Source: an uncultured Clostridiaceae bacterium
Lineage (GTDB): Bacteria > Bacillota > Clostridia > TANB77 > CAG-508
Assembly: GCA_947642455.1 (NCBI GenBank)
Contig: CANRSN010000008.1
Coordinates: 15,389 to 79,388, forward strand
Direction of reading: 5' to 3'
Length of the DNA: 64,000 nucleotides
Positions 1-10,508 of this stretch are shown here, in pieces; the stretch's first letter is position 1, and each line of letters begins with the position of its first letter. The notes beneath the pieces were generated by a model. The model was not told the DNA's origin. It saw nothing but the letters and a program-made list of their open reading frames with translations, and did no database searches. A program made the translations under genes and the position numbers.

Positions 1-20
1 GCAAATTACTGTCCCAGCCA

Positions 21-75
21 GCAAGCAATGAATTTGTACTCCCGCACAAATTTCAATATGGGATTTGCACCCCAT
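21..75 (+). other. oriT-like hairpin region, copy 1 (cut by window start)
   Basis: 'agcaagcaatgaatttgtactcccgcacaaattt' contains IR aatttgt/acaaatt (31-52), followed by hairpin atggg/cccat (58-75). Homologous in sequence and order to 3309-3365, which lies upstream of mobC. Confidence 0.35.
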
Positions 76-121
76 GCCCCAAAAACTAATAAAAATTTAA
101 AATTGAAAGGAATAGAAAATT

Positions 122-448
122 ATGAATGATGAAAAATTAAATTATGTAATAGATATGATAAAAGATATGGATTTAGAAAATAAATTAAGATTAGCAATAT
201 GTATGTGTGATAATTATAGTCATACTAATTTAGAATATGATAAAAAAGAAATGTATGAACGCTTTGATAAATTGTTAAAAGAAATTAATATTGAATACAG
301 AACGACTACTGTCAACTTTGCAAACTATCCTTATACAATTTTTGTATCAAGCAAAATTATGGAAATGGATTCAGTACAGCAAAATCGAGTTGCATTGTAT
401 TTGTTTAATAGTATAAATATTAAAATAACAAATTTTTTTAAGGACTAG
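122..448 (+). CDS. hypothetical protein (108 aa)
   Basis: Intact ORF with a purine-rich stretch 'gaaaggaa' upstream. No motif recognised. Confidence 0.45.
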   Translation: MNDEKLNYVIDMIKDMDLENKLRLAICMCDNYSHTNLEYDKKEMYERFDKLLKEINIEYRTTTVNFANYPYTIFVSSKIMEMDSVQQNRVALYLFNSINIKITNFFKD

Positions 449-535
449 AAAAAAATAAAGAAAGATGTCAAGATATATTGAAAAAAATAAAAGTTGTAAT
501 ACAATAAGGATGTTTTTGGATGCAAAGGAGAAAAA

Positions 536-1279
536 ATGAGATATATAGGAAATAAAACTAATTTATTAAATAATATAAATCAAGTAATAATAGAAAATTG
601 TGATGGTAATGAAAAAGTATTTTGTGATATTTTTTCTGGAACATCTTCTGTAGCTAGATTTTCTAAAAATAGATATAAAATAATTTCAAACGATATGTTG
701 TATTTTTCGTATATACTTCAAAAGGCAACAATACAAAATAATAATTTACCAGAATTTAAAACTTTAAAAGAAAAGTTAAACATTGATAATGTATTTGAAT
801 ATCTGGAAAATGAAAATGTTAAAAATGCTAATTATAAATATTTTACTTATGAAAATTATTCACCAAATGAAAAATGTGATAGAATGTATTTAACAACAGA
901 AAATGCAAAAAGAATTGATTATATAAGAAATACTATAGAAATTTGGAAGGAAAAAAATTTAATTAATAAAAGAGAGTACTATTATCTAATAGCATCATTA
1001 ATTGAAGGAGTTCCTTTTGTATCTAATATTACAGGAACATATGGAGCATATTTAAAAGAATGGGATAATAGAGCCTATAAAAAATTTGAAATGATTCGAT
1101 TAAATGTTATAAATAATTTGTGTGATAACGAATGTTATAAAGAAGATGCAAATCAATTGATAAATAAGATAGAAGGAGATATTTTGTATATTGATCCTCC
1201 CTATAATTCAAGACAATACTTACCAATTAATAGTATAATTAGCATAAAGAGAGTAATAAGTAGAGTTTATAAAAAATAA
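536..1279 (+). pseudogene. N6-adenine DNA methyltransferase (Dam/D12-like), 3'-truncated
   Basis: N-terminal 'MRYIGNKTNLL' and catalytic 'DPPY' are present. The reading frame stops about 25 aa after DPPYNSRQY, so the usual C-terminal region is missing and is replaced by the next gene. Confidence 0.6.
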
Positions 1280-1297
1280 ATTTACAAGGAATTTGCT

Positions 1298-2113
1298 ATG
1301 AATAAAGATAAAAATCCAATAAGTTCATATATGAAAAAGAAATATATTATATTAGCTGTAATAGTGGTACTTTGTATAATATTAGCAATATTTAATAATA
1401 AAAATGATAACGAAATTTACAATAATACTACTAACACATCTAATAAAACTAACACGACTATAAATATTAACGACAGTATTGATAATATTACAAATATAAT
1501 AGACGGAAATGTAATTAATAATAACGATAAAGATATTATTAGCTTAAATAATATCCCACCATATGTTGGCAGTGCTTACATTGAATTAAATAATAATATT
1601 CCTGAATTTGAAGAAAAAGAGTTTACTACCCAACCATTTGAAAATTATAGTAAATTTGATGAATATGGAAGATGTGGTGTTGCGTATGTAAATGTTTGTA
1701 GAGAAATAATGCCACAAGAAAATGAAAAAAGAGGAAAAATTAGCTATAAACCTACTGGATGGGTTCAAAACGAATATCCATATATAATCAATACTAGACA
1801 ATTATATAACCGTTGTCATTTAATTGCTTGGCAATTATCAGCTGAAAATAATAGAAAAGAAAATTTAATAACAGGTACAGCATATTTAAACCAAGCAATG
1901 ATAAAATGGGAAAATGACATTGCTGAATATATAAAAAATAATGAAAAAGATAATTATCATGTCTTATATAGAGTAACACCAATTTTTGAAGGAAAAAATA
2001 AACTAGCAAGCGGTGTTCATATGGAAGCCATGTCAGTCGAAGAAAGAAAAAATGGAGTTTATTTTAATATATATATTTATAATGTACAACCACGGAATCG
2101 AAATAGACTATGA
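1298..2113 (+). CDS. secreted/membrane-anchored DNA/RNA non-specific endonuclease (His-Me finger, EndA/DNA-entry-nuclease-like)
   Basis: N-terminal TM/signal 'YIILAVIVVLCIILAIF'. Motif 'RCHLIAWQLSAENNRKENLITGT', with paralogous 'KCHIIAYSLSA..NIFIGT' in 5653-6495. Confidence 0.7.
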   Translation: MNKDKNPISSYMKKKYIILAVIVVLCIILAIFNNKNDNEIYNNTTNTSNKTNTTININDSIDNITNIIDGNVINNNDKDIISLNNIPPYVGSAYIELNNNIPEFEEKEFTTQPFENYSKFDEYGRCGVAYVNVCREIMPQENEKRGKISYKPTGWVQNEYPYIINTRQLYNRCHLIAWQLSAENNRKENLITGTAYLNQAMIKWENDIAEYIKNNEKDNYHVLYRVTPIFEGKNKLASGVHMEAMSVEERKNGVYFNIYIYNVQPRNRNRL

Positions 2114-2156
2114 AACAGGCAACAATTATGAAAAATTGTTATTAAATGAATAATGA

Positions 2157-2756
2157 TTAAACTTTATGAAAAAGCTTCTCTTCTTTATCATAGTACAAAA
2201 TAGAATTATTATCAGCCCAATAATCAATTAGTTTATTGGGTACTTTTAATGTATCTTTATTATTTTCGCCATAACTTAAGATTGTATAATTATCATTACA
2301 AGAAGTTATATTAAATTTAGTACTTTCAAAATCAATTTCAGAAAAATTAGGTTCATACATAAGTTCTGTAAGTAGCTGATTATGCTCATCTGTCGAAATA
2401 AAACTATCTATCCATTTATTAGTTATCTCATTTTCATAAATGTATTGACTATCTTTAAATCGAACAACTACATCATTATGTAGCAAATCAAATAAATCAT
2501 CAGAAAATAAAGTTTCTTCAAAAATCATATCAGTATTTACATCTTGTAAGTATGCACTATTTAAGCCTTTTTCAACTACGATATATAAATTATCTTCTTT
2601 TCGATACTTTTCTATATCATTTCTGGGCATCATATGGGTTTCAGCAATATTTCCTTTAATATTATTCAAATACTTGGTTAATTCATCAATAAATTGTGAA
2701 GTAAAACTATGAGATTTAACATCATTTACAAGATTAGTAAAAAAATCTAAATTCAA
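2157..2756 (-). CDS. hypothetical protein (199 aa), convergent with the nuclease
   Basis: Intact ORF with no catalytic motif. The middle segment 'LYIVVEKGLNSAYLQDVN..VVVRFKDSQYIYENEIT' resembles small DUF3006-type beta-rich proteins (from memory). Confidence 0.45.
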   Translation of the reverse strand: MNLDFFTNLVNDVKSHSFTSQFIDELTKYLNNIKGNIAETHMMPRNDIEKYRKEDNLYIVVEKGLNSAYLQDVNTDMIFEETLFSDDLFDLLHNDVVVRFKDSQYIYENEITNKWIDSFISTDEHNQLLTELMYEPNFSEIDFESTKFNITSCNDNYTILSYGENNKDTLKVPNKLIDYWADNNSILYYDKEEKLFHKV

Positions 2757-2932
2757 TAAAAATCACACTCCTATTACTTAAAAATTAAATGTGGAAATTA
2801 TTATTAGAAATAATAACAAAAGATTTAAACTAAAAGTATTATATATTGTTTTTCTTAAAATAGCAAGTATTTAAAAAAATTTTATATATAATATGCCAAT
2901 TCTATTGTAAATTCACTGAGGATTATGTATAA

Positions 2933-3220
2933 TTAACTCATAAATTAAATAAGTATGGTAGAGCAAGATTAAATTATCTAAAAACAAATAAAAAAGCAGA
3001 ATATATGATAATGTTTACAAAGGGAATGCTTAATAATCACCTAAAAAAAATACAAGAAACAGCACAAGAAAGATTAGATTTTATGATAAACGAGCTAGTA
3101 AAAAAAGAAAATATTACAGAAGAATTAAAAGCAAAAAATCAATTAGCTTGGGTAGCAGCAATGAATTCTATTAAAGTACAAGCAGAAGAAATTATATATA
3201 ATGAGTTAATTTATGTATAA
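2933..3220 (+). pseudogene. TnpV-like protein, N-terminally truncated
   Basis: The open frame from 2933 reads 'KYGRARLNYLKTNKK..' and ends '..WVAAMNSIKVQAEEIIYNELIYV', which resembles TnpV of Tn4451-type mobilisable transposons. There is no start codon before the conserved region. Confidence 0.45.
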
Positions 3221-3281
3221 AAATTTATCCTAATTTATAACTGATTTTTAGTAAATCAAGAATAATCAGCAAATGTAAAGT

Positions 3282-3365
3282 GTGAGTACAACCTAAAAAT
3301 ATTGATTTAGCAAGCAACGTATTTGTACTCACGCCACAAATACAGGTAAGAATGGGACAAGTCCC
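3282..3365 (+). other. oriT-like hairpin region, copy 2, upstream of mobC/relaxase
   Basis: IR gtgagtaca (3282-3290) / tgtactcac (3324-3332), IR atttgt/acaaat (3321-3341), and hairpin gggac-aa-gtccc (3354-3365). It sits directly 5' of the relaxosome genes. Confidence 0.45.
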
Positions 3366-3437
3366 AAACCCTAATATAAAAAATAGAAAGTGAGATGATA
3401 AATTATAAGAAATAGAAATATAAAAATAAATATCTTT

Positions 3438-3752
3438 TTGAATGAAGAAGAAAATAGAATATTAAATGAGAAAGTAAAAAAGTCTGGATTAAATAAATCA
3501 GAGTTCTTTAGAAAAATAATTTTAGACTATCAGCTAAAAGAAAAACCAGATGAAAAATTTTATGAAATATTATCACAGCTTCGTGGTATGGCAACAAACT
3601 TAAATCAAATGTCAAGAGTTTATAATCAGTATAAAGGCTATGTAAATGAAAATAAGTATGCAACCTTATATAATCAAATACAAAACTTTATATTAGCATT
3701 AGAAGAAGTTTATCTTATACCAACAAGAAATAAAAATGTTAGTGGGTGGTAA
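3438..3752 (+). CDS. mobC: MobC-type relaxosome accessory protein (ribbon-helix-helix)
   Basis: 'NEEENRILNEKVKKSGLNKSEFFRKIIL' and 'LSQLRGMATNLNQMSR' match the MobC pattern. The frame is open from 3402 (I-I-RNRNIKINIF), so the real start may be a non-ATG codon upstream of the TTG at 3438. Confidence 0.7.
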   Translation: MNEEENRILNEKVKKSGLNKSEFFRKIILDYQLKEKPDEKFYEILSQLRGMATNLNQMSRVYNQYKGYVNENKYATLYNQIQNFILALEEVYLIPTRNKNVSGW

Positions 3753-3758
3753 TAAAAT

Positions 3759-5049
3759 ATGGCAGTAACAAAAATATGGAAAGTAAAAGACAGATTAGAC
3801 ATAACAATAAACTATGCAGTAAATCGGAGAAAAAACAGAAGAAAAATTATATGTATCAGGTATAAATTGTATGCCTGATACATCATACCAAGAAATGATA
3901 AATGTAAAAAAGCAATTTTTCAAAACAGATGGAATACAATGCTTTCACGCAGTACAATCTTTTGTAAAAGGAGAAATAACACCAGAGCAAGCACACGAAA
4001 TTGGTATGAAACTTGCTGAAGAATTGTGGGGAGATAAATTTCAAGTAGTAGTTACAACGCACTTGAACACAGATAATTTGCATAACCATTTTGTGCTAAA
4101 TTCTGTTTCCTTTTTGGATGGCAAGAAATTCTGTAACACTAAAAAAGATTATGCAATAATGAGAAAAACATCAGATAGACTTTGTGAAGAATATGGATTA
4201 AATGTATTATCACAAGAAGAAAAATATAATAAATATGCTACAAGCAGATTATATAAGGAACTAATGAAAGATTCTATTGACTATGCAATAGAAAATGCAA
4301 AAGATTATAATGAATTTATAAAAGTACTTCAAGATTTAGATTATATAGTTACAGACAAAAATAATATTCTATCTATAAGGCGTGATCCATACAAAAGAAA
4401 CACGAGAATTAAAAGGCAATTTGGTAACAAATATTCAAAAGAAAATATATACAAGAGAATATTAGAAACACAACCATTATACCCTTATTCTTCTAATCCT
4501 ATGGTACTAATTACTAGAACTCTTGAAAATTATAATAAACAAAAAGAAAAACATTATCAAAACAAAGGCTCTATTGGCTATCTTATATATCAATATGAGA
4601 AACTATTTGACATCAGTACAGAAAGTACTTTAAAATCGAATATAACGAAAATAACACCAGAACTAATAGCAGAGATTAAGAAAATGGACGAGTATTCTAA
4701 TCAAGCAAGATTTCTGGCAAAAAACAATATAAATACAGAGCAAGAATTATTAGATTTTGAAAAAGCTGCGTATGAAAGAGTAAATCCTTTAAAAAGTAAA
4801 ATGGAGAATCTTTGGAAAAAACATAAAAGAGCAAAAACAAATGAAGAAAAACAAGCAATAGAAAACGAGATTATAGAAATTTCTAAACAAATTACACCTA
4901 TTGCAGAAGAAATAAGACATTGTAATAATATACTTCAAAGAGTAGAAAAAATTAAGCGACATCAGTTACACGAGCAAATAGAACGAGAAAAAGCACAATT
5001 TGAAAAAGATCAGGAAAAGAATAAAAAAGACAATAACAAAGCAAGGTAG
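3759..5049 (+). pseudogene. MobA/VirD2-family relaxase with a frame break near 3822-3830
   Basis: 'MAVTKIWKVKDRLDITINYAVN' (frame of 3759) continues as 'GEKTEEKLYVSGINCMPDTSYQ..' in the frame of ORF 3871-5049. The HxH-type motif 'NLHNHFV' is present and the C-terminus is coiled-coil. Confidence 0.7.
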
Positions 5050-5171
5050 ATTATTCTATCTTGTTTTGTAAATTTGTTGAAAAAAGTATAAATTTGTGAT
5101 AGTATATGGAAAGAAAAGTAAATATAAAAAAGAACTTTTCATAAAAAACTATTTATTACATAAGGAGGAAC

Positions 5172-5645
5172 ATGGATAGAATACTTGATATTGAAAACAA
5201 CAAAAGAAACGAAAATGTAGAAGTAAATGCATTTATGAAAGAATTAGAAAATGCTTTAAATACTAATAATCTTGCAAATTCAAAGGGTGTATACACGACA
5301 CTATATGATGAAGTTTTGAATGAGATAAATTTAGCAACAAAATACAAAGGCAAATTAAACAGTATTATAAAAGAATGTATGAAAAATGAGTCTTATGAAA
5401 ATGATTTTTGGTATATTAACTATGATAAATCAAAAAATACATTTTCTATGGATTTATATAGTGATGGAAAGTGTCAAAAGTTCCCAATAACTATGCAAGA
5501 TATAAAAGATTACAACTATAAAGTTGGTATGACATATTGGGCATTTGAAGATGGACGTATGTTAGAAGAAGATGCTATAAAGGATAGTATTAAAATTGAT
5601 GTAGATTCTGCCCTAGCAGATTTAGAACGAAGTAATAAAAAGTGA
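5172..5645 (+). CDS. hypothetical protein (157 aa), apparently co-transcribed with nuclease 2
   Basis: RBS 'aaggagga'. The gene ends 8 nt before the start at 5653. Confidence 0.5.
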   Translation: MDRILDIENNKRNENVEVNAFMKELENALNTNNLANSKGVYTTLYDEVLNEINLATKYKGKLNSIIKECMKNESYENDFWYINYDKSKNTFSMDLYSDGKCQKFPITMQDIKDYNYKVGMTYWAFEDGRMLEEDAIKDSIKIDVDSALADLERSNKK

Positions 5646-5652
5646 GAAATAT

Positions 5653-6495
5653 ATGAATAAAGAAGATTTTGAAAAGGCAATTAATGAGTTAATAAATATA
5701 GAGCTAAACAAAATAAAAAAGCATACAGTTGTTATAAATGATGATAAACCATTATTTAATAAAAAAGATTTTGATACTATCGAAGGAAAACCACAGTATT
5801 TTGAATTAGATAATAATGGAAGAAGTAATGGTGCTATTGCTCTTATTAGCAAAAACACATTACCTTTAATTACAAAGAAAAAATTAAAATACCCAGAACC
5901 TAGTAATTGGAATAAAGCTTTTGAAAACAAAAAGCTTTTTGAAAAATGCCATATAATTGCCTATAGCTTATCAGCAAAACTTGCTAATCAAAAAAATATT
6001 TTCATAGGAACAGTGAAATTAAATAAAAGTTATATGAAAAAAGTTGAAAATGAAGTAAAAAAACACATTAATGATAAGTCTGTGAAAATATTGTATAGGG
6101 TTACTGTTAAATACAAAGGTACTAATAAAATTCCAATAGGAGTATTAATAGAGGCTCAATCTATAGATGATAGCTACAGTGTTTGCAGATTTTGTTATAA
6201 TATTCAAAGGGGTAAAAATTTTAGATATAGTAATGGAATGATTATTGGAGAACAACAAATTTGGTCAAAAGTAGTTCAAACAGTAGCAAATAAAATTGCA
6301 AGAAAAAATAATAGAAAAAGTGGATATATAAATTATACTATAAATACTAAAACAAAAACATTTCATTTATATGATAATGATTGCAAACAGTTGCAGAATG
6401 CTGAACCTAAAAATATACAGGAAACAACTGCAACAGAAAAAGATTTACTAGCAGTTGGATTAAAATATTGCAAAAATTGTGTAAAAGATAATTAA
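5653..6495 (+). CDS. DNA/RNA non-specific endonuclease without a signal peptide, with a Cys/His C-terminal module
   Basis: 'KCHIIAYSLSAKLANQKNIFIGT' is paralogous to 1298-2113. The C-terminus reads 'FHLYDNDC..KYCKNC'. No N-terminal hydrophobic segment. Confidence 0.65.
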   Translation: MNKEDFEKAINELINIELNKIKKHTVVINDDKPLFNKKDFDTIEGKPQYFELDNNGRSNGAIALISKNTLPLITKKKLKYPEPSNWNKAFENKKLFEKCHIIAYSLSAKLANQKNIFIGTVKLNKSYMKKVENEVKKHINDKSVKILYRVTVKYKGTNKIPIGVLIEAQSIDDSYSVCRFCYNIQRGKNFRYSNGMIIGEQQIWSKVVQTVANKIARKNNRKSGYINYTINTKTKTFHLYDNDCKQLQNAEPKNIQETTATEKDLLAVGLKYCKNCVKDN

Positions 6496-6529
6496 AATAT
6501 GATTTATTCCAATACGGAGGATAACTAGA

Positions 6530-7527
6530 ATGAGTAATGAAATTGAAAATAATATGAGTTTATTTAATGTAGAAAATATACAAGATAATAATCAATATAA
6601 TTTCAAATATATAGATTTATTTGCAGGAATTGGAGGTATTAGAACTCCATTTCAAAATTTAGGTGGAAAATGTGTTTTTTCATCTGAAATAGATAAATAT
6701 GCTTCTCAAACATATGAAGCTAATTATGGAGAAAAGCCTAGTGGAGATATAACTAAAATATCAGCTGATACAATACCAAATTTTGATGTTTTGCTAGCAG
6801 GATTTCCTTGTCAAGCATTCTCTATAGCAGGAAAAAGAGAAGGATTTAATGACACAAGAGGAACAATGTTCTTTGAGGTTGAAAGAATATTAGAAGAAAA
6901 ACAACCAAAGTGTTTTCTTTTAGAAAATGTAAAAGGATTAACTAACCATGATAAAGGCAAAACATTTCAAACAATGCTAGATATTTTAGAAAACAAATTG
7001 AAATATAAAGTATATCATAAGGTGCTAAAAATTTTGGATTACCCCAAAACAGAGAAAGAATAATGATAGTAGGATTTAAAAATCATGATATAGATTTCCA
7101 TTTCCCAGATGAATCTAATATTCCAACAAAATTAGGAAATATATTAGAAAAAAATCCAGATGATAAATACACAATATCTGATAAAATTTGGGCAAGTCAT
7201 CAAATGAGAAAAGAACGAAACAGAGAAAAAGGAAATGGATTTGGATATTGCTTATTTAATGAAAATTCTGAATATACTAGCACAATATCAGCCAGATATT
7301 ATAAAGATGGCTCAGAGATTTTAATAGATCAATCTAATAAAGGTAAAAATCCAAGAAAATTGACGCCAAGAGAAGTGGCAAGATTACAAGGCTATCCAGA
7401 TTCTTTTAAAATTGTAGTTAGTGATACACAGGCATATAAGCAATTTGGAAACTCTGTACCAGTAAATATGATTGATGCTGTTGCAAAAAAAATGTATGAA
7501 GCACTAAAAGAAGGAGGAGAAATATAA
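6530..7527 (+). pseudogene. DNA (cytosine-5) methyltransferase split by a frameshift at the A5/T4 run 7027-7035
   Basis: ORF1 carries 'FAGIGG', 'PCQAFS' and 'ENVKGL'. The other frame across the junction reads 'AKNFGLPQNRERIMIVGF', and ORF2 carries 'QFGNSVPV'. Confidence 0.8.
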
Positions 7528-7880
7528 TGAATATTACAGAAAATGAATACAGAAATAATCTATTATTTTATACTACATTGAAAGATTTATTAAAATGTCA
7601 ATTAAATGAGAAAAAATTAATGACATTAGAAGAAACTATTGAACAAAATTCTAATTTGTCTTGTAAAAAAATGAAACAATTACTTTCTACTGGAATAGTT
7701 AAAGAAAATACAAAAGTATATGATGATTTAATGATTTTATTAAATTTAGCAAACAATGATAATTATATAATGTGGAAGGATTTACTATTAGTATCCATAG
7801 AATTATTACTTACAAAAGATTTAATATTAGAAGAATCAACATCATATGCTAGAATAAAATATAAAGAAATATTTAGATGA
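7527..7880 (+). CDS. hypothetical protein (117 aa), start overlaps the methyltransferase stop
   Basis: 'taATG' overlap at 7525-7529. No recognisable motif. Confidence 0.4.
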   Translation: MNITENEYRNNLLFYTTLKDLLKCQLNEKKLMTLEETIEQNSNLSCKKMKQLLSTGIVKENTKVYDDLMILLNLANNDNYIMWKDLLLVSIELLLTKDLILEESTSYARIKYKEIFR

Positions 7881-8520
7881 TATAAAAAAAGAAAATAAAT
7901 TCCCAATCTTTCCAAAAGAACTAGATGGAACCAGTGTAAAATCTAAATTAGGCTTTAAATTTATTAAAGAAGCTAAATACCATAATACGAATTTAGAAAG
8001 TGCAGTATATAAGGAAATGTTTACCCAATCGTATCAAACAACAGAAAAACTAAAACAGATTAATACAAAAGAAGAATTTATAAAGGCTGTTACAGGAGCA
8101 ACTAATTATGAAGTAATAGAAGAAAAATTATCAGCAAATGTAGAAAAGTTTATTACTGAATATACAAAAGAGGAAACAAGAATAAAAGATGAAAATGGGA
8201 CTGATGAAATTGGAACTACTCCTGGAGAAATTGCATTAACATTTTATAAATTGAGTTTATCTAATGAATTAGTTAGTGATGTTATTTTAATAGATCAGCC
8301 AGAAGATGACATAAGTATGAAAAGAATTGAAAATTATATGATTGATTATTTTAATAGTATAAGAGATAAAAAGCAAATAATATTTGTTACTCATAATCCG
8401 TTACTTGTAGTTAACCTAGATGTTGATAATGTAATAAACGTATCTAAAGATAGAAAAAATATGATAAGTATACAATCTGGTTGCATAGAAAGTTCTAATA
8501 TGATAGATTTATTGGCTTAT
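7858..8520 (+). pseudogene. ABC/SMC-type ATPase, C-terminal fragment only
   Basis: Signature-like 'TPGE', Walker B 'VILIDQPEDDIS' and H-loop 'IFVTHNP' are present, but there is no Walker A anywhere upstream. The frame is open only from 7858. The 3' end runs into the IS200-like hairpin. Confidence 0.6.
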
Positions 8521-8755
8521 GAAAACCCCGTGTTTTACACGGGGTTCTAAAAGCTTCTAGCTATGAGTAGAAAAAATCCTCCTTTTTGATATAATAGATG
8601 TGGTCGCCAACCGCAAAAAAATCGAAAAGGAGGATTTTGTCATGAAAGACAATAATAGTTTATCACACAGCACATGGAATTGCAAATACCATTTAGTATT
8701 TGCCTCAAAGTACAGAAGAATGCAAATATATGGACAAATAAAGAAAAGAAAATGA
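8521..8755 (+). mobile_element. tnpA: IS200-like left end plus truncated tnpA (37 codons)
   Basis: Hairpin aaccccgtg/cacggggtt (8524-8546). RBS-sequestering stem aaaaatcctccttttt/aaaaggaggatttt (8571-8638). 'MKDNNSLSHSTWNCKYHLVFASKYRR' matches the Y1 transposase N-terminus and is then stopped. Confidence 0.7.
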
Positions 8756-8786
8756 AAGGCAAAGGGTACGAAGGGAAACAGTAATA

Positions 8787-9068
8787 CGAAAAGGAAGAAC
8801 ATATGAAGAATTTAAAGAGTACATAAGTAAGCATCAAGAATGTGCAATTGTAGAGATGGATACAGTTGAAGGAGTCAAAGGTGGTAAAGTATTTTTAACA
8901 TTAATCTTTAGACAAAGTAGATTTATGCTATATATCTAATGGAAAAGAAGACGATGGAATGTGTAGAGAAAGCATTTCAAAATATAAAAGAAATATTAGG
9001 TATAAAAATATTTAAAAAAGTGTTTGAAGTGATATTAACAGATAATGGCTCAGAGTTCTTCAATCCTC
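8787..9068 (+). pseudogene. DDE (rve/IS30-like) transposase internal fragment, frameshifted
   Basis: 'IVEMDTVEGVKGGKVFLTLIFRQSRFML', then in another frame 'LMEKKTMECV..FEVILTDNGSEFFNP'. There is no N-terminal HTH and no C-terminal end. Confidence 0.5.
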
Positions 9069-9985
9069 TATATTTTAGACTTGGTAAGATTGTGAGTGAG
9101 AATGCAAAATATGGGAATAATTTTATTAAAGATTTTTCTATTGCTTTAAAATTAGAATTTCCAGATAGTACAGGTTTTTCTACTAGAAATCTATCAAGAA
9201 TGAAAAAATTTTATGAAGAATATAAAGATTTATCAAATTTGCCAATGGCGTTGGCAAAATTGCCATGGTCACACAATAATCTTCTTTTAGAAAAAATAAA
9301 GGATTTGAATGTTAGAGAGTGGTATGCAGAAAAATGTTTTGAAAATGGTTGGGCTCATTCTGTTTTAGATCATCAAATAGACTTACAATTATATGAAAGA
9401 CAGGCAATTACCGAAAAACTTACAAATTTCAAAGAGAAATTACCTATTTCACAAAGCGAACTTGCAAGAGATGTAATTAAAGACCCATATATTTTTGAAC
9501 TTGAAGGAATTAAAGAAGAAGCTATCGAAAAAGACATTGAAAATGCGATGATGGAAAGAATAAAAAATGTATTACTAGAATTAGGAAAAGGATTTAGCTT
9601 TGTCGGAAATCAATATAAAATTTCTACTGAAAATCAAGATTATTATATTGATATGTTATTTTACCATTTAGACTTAAGATGTTATATTGTTGTTGAGTTA
9701 AAAAATAATGAATTTAAGCCAGAATATACTGGACAATTAAGTTTTTATGTAACAGCTGTTGATGAAACGTTGAGAAAAGAACAAGACAATCAAACTATTG
9801 GGCTATTACTTTGTAAAGGAAAAGATAAATTATCAGTGGAATGGGCTTTAAAAGGAACAAATGCCCCTATCGGTGTTACTTCTTATGAAGTTAGAAACGA
9901 ATTACCAAAAGAAATATTAGACAAGTTACCTACTGAAGAAGATATAAATAAACATATTGATATAAATGAAGAAAATAAGGAGTAA
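9069..9985 (+). pseudogene. YhcG/DUF1016-type PDDEXK nuclease, N-terminally truncated and fused in frame to the transposase fragment
   Basis: 'FPDSTGFSTRNLSRMKKFYEEY', 'LPWSHNNLLLEK' and 'DMLFYHLDLRCYIVVELK' (D..E-L-K core). Confidence 0.55.
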
Positions 9986-9992
9986 TATAAAT

Positions 9993-10496
9993 ATGGAAGA
10001 TGAAATTTTAGAAATATTGAATATTATAATAAATAATATAAGCAATGAGATTATACCTCAAAATGAAAGAGAAAAGATTGTATATAATATTAATAAAAAT
10101 AGTTCAATTTCTTTTATGGTATTTAAAAATATACTATTAAAGATTACATTTCAAAAAACAAGGATGTTTATTGAAATTAGGAAATTAGAGAATATTAACT
10201 TGGATGAGTTGTCAAAGAAATTTGAAGAAATTAAATACAAAGAAGATAAGTTATACATAAAAATATACATAAACGAAATTAAAGATATAAATAAAATAAA
10301 CAATGAAGTAAAAGAAATATATAAATACTTATATTCAAATGAACCTGTTGAAAATTATGGATGTTGTTCTAGATTTACAGAATGTTCAGATGCATTAAAA
10401 TGTATCAATCCAGATAAGAAATTAGCAAAAGGTTGTCAATATAGAGAAAATCTTGAATCAGGCAAAATATTTTATGGAATAAATAAAAATATATAA
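9993..10496 (+). CDS. hypothetical protein with a Cys-rich C-terminal module
   Basis: C-terminus 'YGCCSRFTECSDALKCINPDKKLAKGCQYRENLESGKIFYG'. The start was chosen at 'MEDEIL'. Confidence 0.45.
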   Translation: MEDEILEILNIIINNISNEIIPQNEREKIVYNINKNSSISFMVFKNILLKITFQKTRMFIEIRKLENINLDELSKKFEEIKYKEDKLYIKIYINEIKDINKINNEVKEIYKYLYSNEPVENYGCCSRFTECSDALKCINPDKKLAKGCQYRENLESGKIFYGINKNI

Positions 10497-10508
10497 AAGG
10501 AGAATCTT

